From positions 1 through 19,113 of the forward strand of contig JBGSIV010000218.1 of NCBI GenBank assembly GCA_041742355.1: a stretch of DNA of 19,113 bases. The letters are read 5' to 3'. The notes beneath the pieces are model-generated. The model ran no database searches, was not told the DNA's origin, and saw nothing but the letters and a program-made list of their open reading frames with translations. Of the stretch, positions 8,236-18,492 are shown piece by piece; position 1 is the first letter of the stretch; the number at the start of each line of letters is the position of its first letter. The stretch is from Candidatus Zixiibacteriota bacterium (GTDB taxonomy: Bacteria; Zixibacteria; MSB-5A5; GN15; FEB-12). Both the position numbers and the translations under genes were made by a program.

Positions 8236-8264
8236 AGAATAGTAGCGGTAGATTGTGCAAGCAA
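8236..8264 (-). promoter_or_regulatory. Putative sigma70 promoter for the SBBP gene
   Basis: Minus strand TTGCTT, 17 nt, TATTCT, about 110 nt upstream of the start. Confidence 0.5.
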
Positions 8265-8402
8265 GATTTGTTGATTCTGGCCGCGGCAAAAGGCGAAAAC
8301 TCGTGGTGGAGCGACTCGCCGTTTCTCTGCTGGCATGCGCTTCTGCCGTGACCGGAACCGGTCGAGAGTAATTCATGAGGATCGCACCTCCAGGGAGGTC
8401 TG

Positions 8403-8639
8403 ATGGATGTGATAGTTGGCTCTCTTGGCGTCGGGCTGCTGCTGCTCGCCTTCGTGCTCAACGTCGCGAAGCGAATGGATGAGAACAGCGCGGCCTACCT
8501 CGTCATGAACATCGTCGGAGCAGGGTTGTCGTGCTGGTATGCGTGGGTGAGCGGGATAGTGCCGTTTGTCATCCTCGAAGGCGTGTGGGCCGGTGCGGCC
8601 CTGGTGCGGCTGGTGAGTCTAAAGATAAAGCCTGCGTAA
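8403..8639 (+). CDS. Small 3-TM membrane protein, CBU_0592-like family
   Basis: GGAGG RBS; 78 aa; pattern G.LG..LLL.AF......Y..MN.VGA......A......PF..LE.VW. Confidence 0.8.
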   Translation: MDVIVGSLGVGLLLLAFVLNVAKRMDENSAAYLVMNIVGAGLSCWYAWVSGIVPFVILEGVWAGAALVRLVSLKIKPA

Positions 8640-8701
8640 GGCTGGAAGTCGGAATCGGTCCAAGTCTCCTCCCACCGCAAGCGGTAGGGCACCCGCGCTT
8701 A

Positions 8702-8741
8702 TTCCCGTGGTGTCAGGTGTCCCCACCTGACACCACGGGAA
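8702..8741. repeat. Perfect 18-bp inverted repeat (REP-like hairpin)
   Basis: TTCCCGTGGTGTCAGGTG-TCCC-CACCTGACACCACGGGAA; no U-tract on either side. Confidence 0.85.
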
Positions 8742-8751
8742 GGGAACGCAC

Positions 8752-8785
8752 AAAAAACAAAAGGCTCTCCAAACGGAGAGCCTTT
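8752..8785 (-). terminator. Intrinsic terminator for the PPIase gene
   Basis: AAAGGCTCTCC-AAAC-GGAGAGCCTTT stem; on the minus strand it is followed by TGTTTTTT. Confidence 0.85.
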
Positions 8786-8815
8786 CGTGTATTCAATCAA
8801 AAATGCGTCGAGAAC

Positions 8816-10669
8816 TTACTGCGGCTGGCGCTGACCTTCGAAAGCCTCCTGCACGTAGTTCTTGATGTCGGCATTCGCCACCTGGCTTTCCATCCACCGG
8901 GTGTAGAGATCCTGGCGCTTGTTGTTGAGGATGGCGTTGCGGACCGAGTCCTGCTTCTGCGTGTACTCGAGCATGTCCGGCGACTCTTTGGAAATCAGCT
9001 TGAAAATGACGACACCCTGCTCGTGGGCAATCGGCTTTGAGAGCTCGCCGGGTGTGGTCAGACCGAACGCAGCCCCGATGGCCAGCGGGTCGCGGCGGAT
9101 GCCGTCGACATAGCCCGTGCGCGCAAACGGCTCGGGGGTCTTGTACTCCTGGCCATGGCGCTTTGCCACCGCGGCCGGGTCACCGCCCGCCCTGAGTTCA
9201 TTATAGATAACGGTCGCGCTGTCGAGCGCGATCTTCCCCGCCCGTTCGGCCTGCAGGTCGAGCTCGACGCGTTCGCGGGACTCCTCAAAGGTAGCCGGGC
9301 CCTTCGGGCGTTTCTCGGCGACCTGCACAACGTAAATGGCGGAATTGTTCTCCCACACCTCGGAAATGGCGTCGATTTCACCGTTGAACGCAAAGAGGCC
9401 GGCCTGGGGATCGTTGCCGAGATACTGGATATTGCGCCCACGGAAGAAGAGGCCGGTGTTGCGGACCGGGAACTGGTGCGCCTCGGCGGCCTTGAAGAAA
9501 CCGTCGCTCAGAGCGTCGGCACGGAACGCCTCGAGGCGGCGATACGCGTTGTCGAGCGTCTCCTGCGAGGGCTTGGCCGTAAACAGAATGTGGGAAGCAT
9601 GAACCTTCTCCACCATCTCCGGCTGCGTCTTGCCGGGAGGTGTCTCGCTCTCCGTCTTCTTCTCGTGCAGCTTGATTATGTGCCAGCCAAACTGCGTGCG
9701 AATCGGTTCGGAAATCTGGCCGGGATTCAGTTGGAACGTCCACTTGTCAAATTCGGCCACCATTCGTCCCCGGGCGAACCACCCGAGGTCGCCGCCGTTG
9801 GTCTTCCCGGCGGGCTCTTCGGTGTAGATGCCGGCCATTTCGGCGAAATCGGCGCCCGCCTGGATCGAGTCGTAAATGGCCTTCGCCTTGTTATAGGCCG
9901 TTTCCCAATCCGACGGCTGCGGGGCGCGCTCGACAAGAACGACATTCAGGGCGGCGCGCTCGTTGATCGTATACTTCTCTTTGTGCTCGTTGAAATAGGC
10001 TTCGAGATCCGCCGGCGTAATGGCCAGCAGCGTGCGCGGAATCCGGCCGAAATCGACATTGATCATGCCGACCGTGACCTTCTCGGAGCCGGCGAGGAAC
10101 CACTCCCGAACTTCGCTCTCCGTGACGTTGACATTCTGGAGCACGAGTTCCTGCGCCTTGTATTTGGCCAGATCGCCGCGGGCCGCGGCTTCAATCTGCG
10201 CCCAGAACGGGGAGGCCTGCGGATCCAGCATCGCCTGCTGGTACTTCTGGTAGTCAAACTGGCCGTTGGTCTGGAAATACGGCAGCGACCGCAGCTCCAT
10301 CGGCGGCGTGTAGGCGAGGTACTCGAAGATCTCCTGGTCGGTTACCACGATGTTGTTCTTGCGGACCTCCTGCTGGATCAGCTCGTCCTGGACGAGCTGT
10401 TTCCACGCTTCGGCCTGGAGTTCGCGCAGACGGCCGTCAGGGATTTCGTCCTCGCTCTTCTGCTGCTCGGTCTGGACCATGTTGTTGTAAATGGTGTTAT
10501 ACCGCTGCCAGGACACCTCTTCGCCGTTGATGACGCCGGCGACATTGGCGCTGTCATACTGCTGGCGTCCGGAAAAATCCATGCCCCACTCAAGGATGAT
10601 CATACCGATAAAGAAGACCAGGACGATGCCTATGATGGGAACGATCATGCGGCGCAGTGCATCAAACAT
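8816..10669 (-). CDS. SurA/PpiD-type membrane-anchored parvulin peptidyl-prolyl isomerase/chaperone
   Basis: N-terminal TM helix (IIVPIIGIVLVFFIGMIILEWG), SurA_N-like region (AGVINGEEVS), parvulin motif GGDLGWF.RG.MV.EFD...ISEPIRTQFGWHIIKL and HASHIL. ATG 10669 follows GAGG. Confidence 0.92.
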   Translation of the reverse strand: MFDALRRMIVPIIGIVLVFFIGMIILEWGMDFSGRQQYDSANVAGVINGEEVSWQRYNTIYNNMVQTEQQKSEDEIPDGRLRELQAEAWKQLVQDELIQQEVRKNNIVVTDQEIFEYLAYTPPMELRSLPYFQTNGQFDYQKYQQAMLDPQASPFWAQIEAAARGDLAKYKAQELVLQNVNVTESEVREWFLAGSEKVTVGMINVDFGRIPRTLLAITPADLEAYFNEHKEKYTINERAALNVVLVERAPQPSDWETAYNKAKAIYDSIQAGADFAEMAGIYTEEPAGKTNGGDLGWFARGRMVAEFDKWTFQLNPGQISEPIRTQFGWHIIKLHEKKTESETPPGKTQPEMVEKVHASHILFTAKPSQETLDNAYRRLEAFRADALSDGFFKAAEAHQFPVRNTGLFFRGRNIQYLGNDPQAGLFAFNGEIDAISEVWENNSAIYVVQVAEKRPKGPATFEESRERVELDLQAERAGKIALDSATVIYNELRAGGDPAAVAKRHGQEYKTPEPFARTGYVDGIRRDPLAIGAAFGLTTPGELSKPIAHEQGVVIFKLISKESPDMLEYTQKQDSVRNAILNNKRQDLYTRWMESQVANADIKNYVQEAFEGQRQPQ

Positions 10670-10753
10670 CCGTAACCTCACCTGTTATCTGGAATACCTA
10701 CTATTCCGGTTAATCGTATCGGGCACCGCCCGATAGGAAGAATCAAGCCTCAG

Positions 10754-10781
10754 AATATACTCTGCGAACCCGAAATTGCAA
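10754..10781 (-). promoter_or_regulatory. Putative sigma70 promoter for the PPIase gene
   Basis: Minus strand TTGCAA, 16 nt, TATATT (or TATTCT at 18 nt). Confidence 0.5.
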
Positions 10782-10876
10782 CCGGGCGGGCCAACAATTA
10801 TACAAAAAACATTGAATTTTGCCACCATTTGCCCCTAAATGGGTTTAACTAGAACCAACACCCGAACACTGGCAGC

Positions 10877-13180
10877 ATGTTAATGATATCGACCAACTTA
10901 CACCGTTTGATCACACTCCTGGCGCTCTTTCTTCTGACCCCCGGCCACCTCCTGGCCGCAGACTGGCCGGTCAACTATGACATCGACCTCGCCAGCGGGT
11001 TCGGCGACTACCGATCGCGGCATTTTCACTTCGGCATAGATATCCGTACCGGGGGAGTGACCGGAAAATCTGTCCTGTCGCCGGTGGACGGTTACGTTTC
11101 GCGGGTGCGGACGGCGTACACGGGTTACGGCAAGGCACTCTACGTAAAGGGGACCGACGGATACACGTACGTGTTCGCGCACCTGCAGGACTTCGCGCCG
11201 AATATCGATAAGCCCCTCAAAGAGGCGCAACTGATCTCCAAACGGTACTACCAGGACATCTTCCTCGCCGAGGATTCTATCAAGGTCCGCAAGGGAGACC
11301 TGCTCGCCTACTCGGGACAGACCGGGATCGGCGCGCCGCACCTGCACTTTGAGAAGCGGGCCGGGGACACCCCCCTCAACCCGCTGTCGCACGGCTACAA
11401 GCTGAAGGACGTCGCGCGGCCGATCTTCACGCGAGTCGGGCTGCAACAGGTGGACGACCACACCGTGTTCGCCAACGGATCGCGCCGGCTCTTCCTGACA
11501 GCCAAGGCGACCGAGAAGCCGGGCGTCTTCCGGCTCGATACGGTGCTGTACCTCAACACCCCCGTCGGATTGCTGGCCGACTGCTACGATATGCTGCGCC
11601 CGGACGGAATGAAGCAGGCCGTGTACCGGCTGGGCGTCTACGTGGATGACCGGCTCATCCACGAATCTCGTCTGGATTCCACCAGTTTCGATACCGACCC
11701 GTCCGTCGCGCTCGAGTACGACCTGGTCGAAGCGACGGCCAAGCGGAAGTACGTGCGCCGGTTGTTCCGCGAGGAAGGCAACGCCTTCACCGGGTGCCGC
11801 CCGGCGGGCCCGCACGAAGGCGTCCTGGGAGCGGATGGCATGCTGACGCCGGGTACCCATAAGGTGAAAATCGTCGGCGAGGATGCCGCGGGAAACAAGT
11901 CGGAACTCCAGTTCACGGTGCTCTGGGGGCCGCCGGGCAATCTCTACACGCTGGACTCAACGGTGCAGGTGGCCGCCGACACGACGGACTTCTACTTCAC
12001 GCCAACCCCCGACTTGTCGGCCTTTGCGATCGATTCGGCGGTCGTGTACGTGAACCGGGGACCGCTGTGGTCGTGGACACCGGACGCAAAGATCCATAAA
12101 CTGCCGGACAATCGGCTCAAGGCGCGGGCGATCAGTTTCATGACTTACCTGGTGCCGCTGCAACTGCGGCTGTTCACGGCCGAGGGCGCGGTAATCGTCG
12201 ACACCCTGTTTAACGGTCTCCAAAAGTACGGCGCCAAAATGAAGGCGACGCACGAAGTGACCGACGAGGGCCTGCTCGTGACCATCGACTCCTTCGAAAA
12301 GCAGATGCACGCCGGCCGAATCGAATTCTACTTCCGCGACACCCTCCTCGGCGTGGAATACCCGCAGATGATCACGATGGAAAAGTATGTCTGCTTCGTG
12401 AAGCCGCAGGAGAAGTATCGCCGGATCGACCGGTACCACGCGGTGCTGTCGCGGGAAACGCTGTACACGGGGTTCTGGTCGGATACCGTCGACATCCACA
12501 TCGTCGGGCTGGATTCTGCGCAGCAGATCCCGGTCGATGAGCACTTCACGATCAATCTCCACGGCGACGCCTGTTTCCGCCCCATGTTCGTGGAACTGCG
12601 GAAAAATCACGTCATCATCCGGTCCAAGTTGCAGCTGAACTCCGATCACTACCAGATCCTGCCGAAGACCTTTCCCCTGCGGCGGAACCTGACGGTGTCG
12701 TACGATATCCCCCAGGACTTCGAGCAGAATCGCTACAGCGGGCTGTGCTGGCTCGATGAAGAGGAGAACCGCTGGGTCTGGATGGACAACAAATTCGACG
12801 ACAGCGAGGATGTGCTCACGGCGGCTATCGGCGGCGGCGGATCGTTCGCGGCCGTCTTCGACTACGTGCCCCCGTCTATCTCGCGGCTGTCGATCAGCAA
12901 CGGAGCGACCGTCCAGAGCCACCGGCCGGCGATCAACTTCATGGTCAAGGATACGCTCTCGGGGATCGGGGACGACCGGAATATCATTGTCGAACTGGAC
13001 GGAGAGTGGTTAATTCCGGAGTACGACCCCGAGTCGGGCATGGTGCATTCGCGCCCCCTGCAGCCCATCGCCGCGGGGAAGCACCACCTGGGAATCCAGG
13101 TGACCGACCGTGCCGGGAATTTGACCGAACAATACCTTAACTTCTTTGTTAAGGCAACACAGAAGGAACGGGGCCAGTAA
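10877..13180 (+). CDS. Large secreted M23-family metallopeptidase with long C-terminal region ending in an Ig-like domain
   Basis: Signal peptide; M23 Zn motifs HFGID (HxxxD) and PHLHFE (HxH); GYGK; C-terminal D.LSGI...G.H.L.I.VTDRAGN Ig-like signature. Start could be 10883. Confidence 0.88.
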   Translation: MLMISTNLHRLITLLALFLLTPGHLLAADWPVNYDIDLASGFGDYRSRHFHFGIDIRTGGVTGKSVLSPVDGYVSRVRTAYTGYGKALYVKGTDGYTYVFAHLQDFAPNIDKPLKEAQLISKRYYQDIFLAEDSIKVRKGDLLAYSGQTGIGAPHLHFEKRAGDTPLNPLSHGYKLKDVARPIFTRVGLQQVDDHTVFANGSRRLFLTAKATEKPGVFRLDTVLYLNTPVGLLADCYDMLRPDGMKQAVYRLGVYVDDRLIHESRLDSTSFDTDPSVALEYDLVEATAKRKYVRRLFREEGNAFTGCRPAGPHEGVLGADGMLTPGTHKVKIVGEDAAGNKSELQFTVLWGPPGNLYTLDSTVQVAADTTDFYFTPTPDLSAFAIDSAVVYVNRGPLWSWTPDAKIHKLPDNRLKARAISFMTYLVPLQLRLFTAEGAVIVDTLFNGLQKYGAKMKATHEVTDEGLLVTIDSFEKQMHAGRIEFYFRDTLLGVEYPQMITMEKYVCFVKPQEKYRRIDRYHAVLSRETLYTGFWSDTVDIHIVGLDSAQQIPVDEHFTINLHGDACFRPMFVELRKNHVIIRSKLQLNSDHYQILPKTFPLRRNLTVSYDIPQDFEQNRYSGLCWLDEEENRWVWMDNKFDDSEDVLTAAIGGGGSFAAVFDYVPPSISRLSISNGATVQSHRPAINFMVKDTLSGIGDDRNIIVELDGEWLIPEYDPESGMVHSRPLQPIAAGKHHLGIQVTDRAGNLTEQYLNFFVKATQKERGQ

Positions 13181-13197
13181 GGCGTTCGAGGTGAATC

Positions 13198-13935
13198 TTG
13201 TTTTTCCCCATCCGCGATGATCAACCGACACTCCGCCGCCCGGTCGTGACGATCACGTTGATCGCCGTCAACGCGCTGATTTTCCTGTATTCGTTCATGC
13301 AGGGAGCGAAGGGGTTCCAGATTTTCGTCTACCAGTACGGCTTCATCCCGTACGAACTGGTGCACGGCCAGGAACTGACGCCGCAGATCGGGGTATCGGT
13401 GTGGTTCACCATGTTCTCCTCGATGTTCATGCACGGCGGGTGGCTCCACCTGATCGGCAACATGCTGTTCTTGTGGATCTACGGCAACAACGTCGAGGAT
13501 TACTTCGGTCACGTCCGCTTCATCCTGTTCTACCTCGCCTCCGGATTAGCCGCGGTGTTCCTGTTCACGGCCTTCGGACCCGACTCACAGGTGCCGCTCG
13601 TGGGGGCCTCCGGAGCGATCGCCGGCGTGATGGGAGCCTACATGGTGCTTCACCCGCGAGCCCGCATTACGGTGCTCATAATCTTCTTCTTCATACAGTT
13701 CGTCGACCTGTCGGCCAAGGTCGTACTGGGGTTCTGGTTTGTGTACCAGTTGCTCCTGTCGTTCATGGATGTCCTGCAGCCGTCGGCCGGAGCATCGGGC
13801 GGCGTGGCCTACCTGGCTCACGTAGGCGGATTCGCGTTCGGCTACGGATTGCTCCGCCTGCTGATCAAGTTCAAAGGCCCCGGGGGAGTGGCCGCGGATC
13901 GGGGACAGCGGATCTACCGGGTGCACTGGGATTGA
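13198..13935 (+). CDS. Rhomboid family intramembrane serine protease
   Basis: TTG start after GAGGTG; SMFMHGGWLHLIGNMLFLWIYGNNVED; catalytic GASG and AHVGG motifs. Confidence 0.95.
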   Translation: MFFPIRDDQPTLRRPVVTITLIAVNALIFLYSFMQGAKGFQIFVYQYGFIPYELVHGQELTPQIGVSVWFTMFSSMFMHGGWLHLIGNMLFLWIYGNNVEDYFGHVRFILFYLASGLAAVFLFTAFGPDSQVPLVGASGAIAGVMGAYMVLHPRARITVLIIFFFIQFVDLSAKVVLGFWFVYQLLLSFMDVLQPSAGASGGVAYLAHVGGFAFGYGLLRLLIKFKGPGGVAADRGQRIYRVHWD

Positions 13936-14050
13936 TTGGAGTTAGCCAACCCGTTCGACAGGGTGCCCCGGCCGTGGCGCAAAGACAAGGACCCGATCCA
14001 GGCTTTCGCCGGATCGACAATTTCTCACGTTTCAGCAAGGACCGCCCAGA

Positions 14051-14509
14051 ATGCCGTGCAAAGATATTACCGACATCATTGCAATCACCGTCGCGCATGA
14101 CGACCGGGTGATCGACTACATGCTCAACAAAAAGACCTGCGGCGGCACGGTCGGCGAGGACAAGCTGATCGGGCCCTGGCTGTTCAAACGCACGGCCGCG
14201 CAGGTGATGGCCACCAGCAACGAGGACTTCCTGCTCAAGCTGCGCGCGAAGAGCGACCTGACCGAGTACCTCTCGGTCAAGCACTTCCTCGCCGTGCGCA
14301 CAGCGCTGCGCGTGATGACGGGAGAACTGGCTGGAGGAGTCGACGACTACTGCACGGTCGAATCGGTGATGCACGGCCCGGACGGAGTGGAGGTGGTGGC
14401 GCACCTCGATGTCAAGGGAATGACCGACGAAATCCAGGCGTGCAAGAACTGCTGCGGGAGCAAGACGAACGAGTCAGCGGGAGAACAGCCGGAATCGTTC
14501 TCGGTCTGA
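14051..14509 (+). CDS. Cys-rich hypothetical protein, possible divergent IscU/NifU_N fold
   Basis: AAGGA RBS; GC3-rich codons like neighbouring genes; Cys at 3, 30, 101, 131, 134, 135. Fold assignment is by eye only. Confidence 0.8.
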   Translation: MPCKDITDIIAITVAHDDRVIDYMLNKKTCGGTVGEDKLIGPWLFKRTAAQVMATSNEDFLLKLRAKSDLTEYLSVKHFLAVRTALRVMTGELAGGVDDYCTVESVMHGPDGVEVVAHLDVKGMTDEIQACKNCCGSKTNESAGEQPESFSV

Positions 14510-14526
14510 GGAATCCGGTGAGGATT

Positions 14527-14667
14527 TCAGGGAAAACTGAAGAAACCCAGCCTTGAGTGCTCGTTTCTGTGTCTGCGTGCGGGCGCCAGGGGCCGATCGA
14601 ACAGCAAAGCGAAGAAAACGAGCACGCCCGCCAGCCCGAATAGCCAGATAATGATGCTGAGGCACAT
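14527..14667 (-). CDS. Putative small single-pass membrane protein (46 aa), not in the ORF track
   Basis: AAGGAG RBS 7 nt before ATG; MCLSIIIWLFGLAGVLVFFALLFDRPLAPARRHRNEHSRLGFFSFP*; one hydrophobic helix followed by a basic tail. Confidence 0.65.
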   Translation of the reverse strand: MCLSIIIWLFGLAGVLVFFALLFDRPLAPARRHRNEHSRLGFFSFP

Positions 14668-14758
14668 GGTTTTACTCCTTTCCTCGCGCTTTCAACCATC
14701 TGCTGTGAATACAACCCCGGAATGGATTTCTTCCCCCCGCCTTCTTTGCCAAATCCCC

Positions 14759-14787
14759 TTGACTTGCCGAAAGCCGTGGCGCATAAT
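14759..14787 (+). promoter_or_regulatory. Putative sigma70 promoter for maeB
   Basis: TTGACT, 17 nt, CATAAT. Confidence 0.65.
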
Positions 14788-14852
14788 AAGCGCATGTGAA
14801 AATTATAACTAGGGGCGGGTGCCCCTGTGGGATAAACAGGAGAGCTTTTATC

Positions 14853-17144
<2,292 letters not shown>

Positions 17145-17157
17145 CATAGAGTCAAGC

Positions 17158-17188
17158 AAGCCGGGGCCCCACGGGCCCCGGCTTTTTT
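17158..17188 (+). terminator. Intrinsic terminator after maeB
   Basis: AAGCCGGGGCCC-CAC-GGGCCCCGGCTT followed by further Ts. Confidence 0.92.
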
Positions 17189-17240
17189 ATGGCCGGGAGG
17201 GTGAAAAACGGGGGGGAGGTGCCAAATGGGCACTTTTTTA

Positions 17241-17269
17241 TTGCCCCGCATCGCCTTGGCGTGTAAACT
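17241..17269 (+). promoter_or_regulatory. Putative sigma70 promoter for mreB
   Basis: TTGCCC, 17 nt, TAAACT, preceded by a T-rich tract. Confidence 0.5.
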
Positions 17270-17347
17270 ACTTGGCGTTACCGTTCGATAACCTGAATTA
17301 GGGTAAACAGCACGGATGCGAACGGAGCGAACGGAAAAGGATTTACC

Positions 17348-18376
17348 GTGGGATTTTTTGATCTTCTCAGCAATGACATCGGCATCGATTTAGGCACGGC
17401 AAATACCCTGGTCTACGTCAAGAATCAGGGCATTGTGCTCAACGAGCCGTCGGTGGTCGCCATCGAGCGGGCCACCGGAAAAGTCCTCGCGATCGGCGCC
17501 GCCGCCAAGGAAATGACCGGCCGCACCCCCAGCACGATCGCCGCCATCCGACCGCTCAAGGACGGCGTGATCGCCGATTTCGAAATCTCCGAAAAACTGA
17601 TCGCCGACTTCATCCGCCGCGTGGTGAAACACAAATACCTGATGAAACCGCGGGTGGTTATCTGCGTCCCGTCGGGTATCACCGAGGTGGAGAAACGCGC
17701 CGTGCGCGATTCGGCTGAAAACGCCGGCGCGCGCGAAGTGTACCTCCTCCAGGAACCGATGGCCGCTGCTATCGGCGTCGGCCTGCCGGTCGAGCAACCC
17801 TCGGGTTCGATGGTCATCGATATCGGCGGCGGAACTTCGGAAATTGCGGTCATCGCCCTGAACGGCATCGTCAACGATACCTCGATCCGCGTCGCCGGGG
17901 ATGAAATGAACGACGCGATTATTCAGTACCTCAAGAAAAACTACAACCTGGCGATCGGCGAGTTGACCGCCGAGGACATCAAGATCAAGATTGGGTCGGC
18001 CTTCCCCATGGAAAAAGAAATGTCCATGGAGGTGAAGGGCCGCGACCTGGTGGCTGGCGTGCCGAAAAACCTGAACCTGTCGTCGGTGCAGGTGCGGGAA
18101 GCTATCTCCGAAACGATCGACATTATCATCGAAGCGGTTCGGCAGGCGCTGGAACGGACGCCGCCGGAACTGGCGTCGGACATTCTCGAGCGCGGGATCA
18201 TCCTCACCGGCGGCGGAGCGCTGCTCCGGGGGCTGGACAAACGGCTCCGCCAGGAGACGAACCTCCCGGTGAACGTGGCCGAGGATCCCCTGACCTGCGT
18301 CGCCCGGGGAACCGGCAAGGTGCTGGAGAATTTCAACCACTACCAGAAGGTCCTGGAACGCAGCCGCAAGGATTAA
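17348..18376 (+). CDS. mreB: Rod shape-determining protein MreB (actin-like)
   Basis: [65 protein letters not shown] start after AAGGA. Confidence 0.97.
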   Translation: MGFFDLLSNDIGIDLGTANTLVYVKNQGIVLNEPSVVAIERATGKVLAIGAAAKEMTGRTPSTIAAIRPLKDGVIADFEISEKLIADFIRRVVKHKYLMKPRVVICVPSGITEVEKRAVRDSAENAGAREVYLLQEPMAAAIGVGLPVEQPSGSMVIDIGGGTSEIAVIALNGIVNDTSIRVAGDEMNDAIIQYLKKNYNLAIGELTAEDIKIKIGSAFPMEKEMSMEVKGRDLVAGVPKNLNLSSVQVREAISETIDIIIEAVRQALERTPPELASDILERGIILTGGGALLRGLDKRLRQETNLPVNVAEDPLTCVARGTGKVLENFNHYQKVLERSRKD

Positions 18377-18398
18377 CCCCTTTGGCGCAAACAGTTTG

Positions 18399-18426
18399 AA
18401 AGCCGGACAGCCGTCCGGCTTTTTTT
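18399..18426 (+). terminator. Intrinsic terminator after mreB
   Basis: AAAGCCGGAC-AGCC-GTCCGGCTTT with a run of 7 T. Confidence 0.92.
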
Positions 18427-18492
18427 ATGGCGGGAAGCGGGAGGATTAATCTTTTCTTTCGGCCAACGGTCTTATGGACGGAAACGGAAACG

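Noticed and set aside
8128..8376. 83-aa N-terminal extension of the SBBP ORF in the track
   Set aside because: The GGAGG RBS and signal peptide start at 8127, and a promoter-like site lies within the extension.
14796..14852. Upstream GTG start for maeB (likewise 18427 for ECF, 10681 for PPIase, 1911 for Rieske)
   Set aside because: Downstream ATGs have better RBS or family-typical N-termini; several upstream starts fall in promoter or terminator sequence.
17217..17239. Second hairpin GTGCC-AAATG-GGCAC plus T-run upstream of mreB as an attenuator
   Set aside because: It lies upstream of the predicted mreB promoter, so it is more likely a backup terminator or an UP-element-like T tract.
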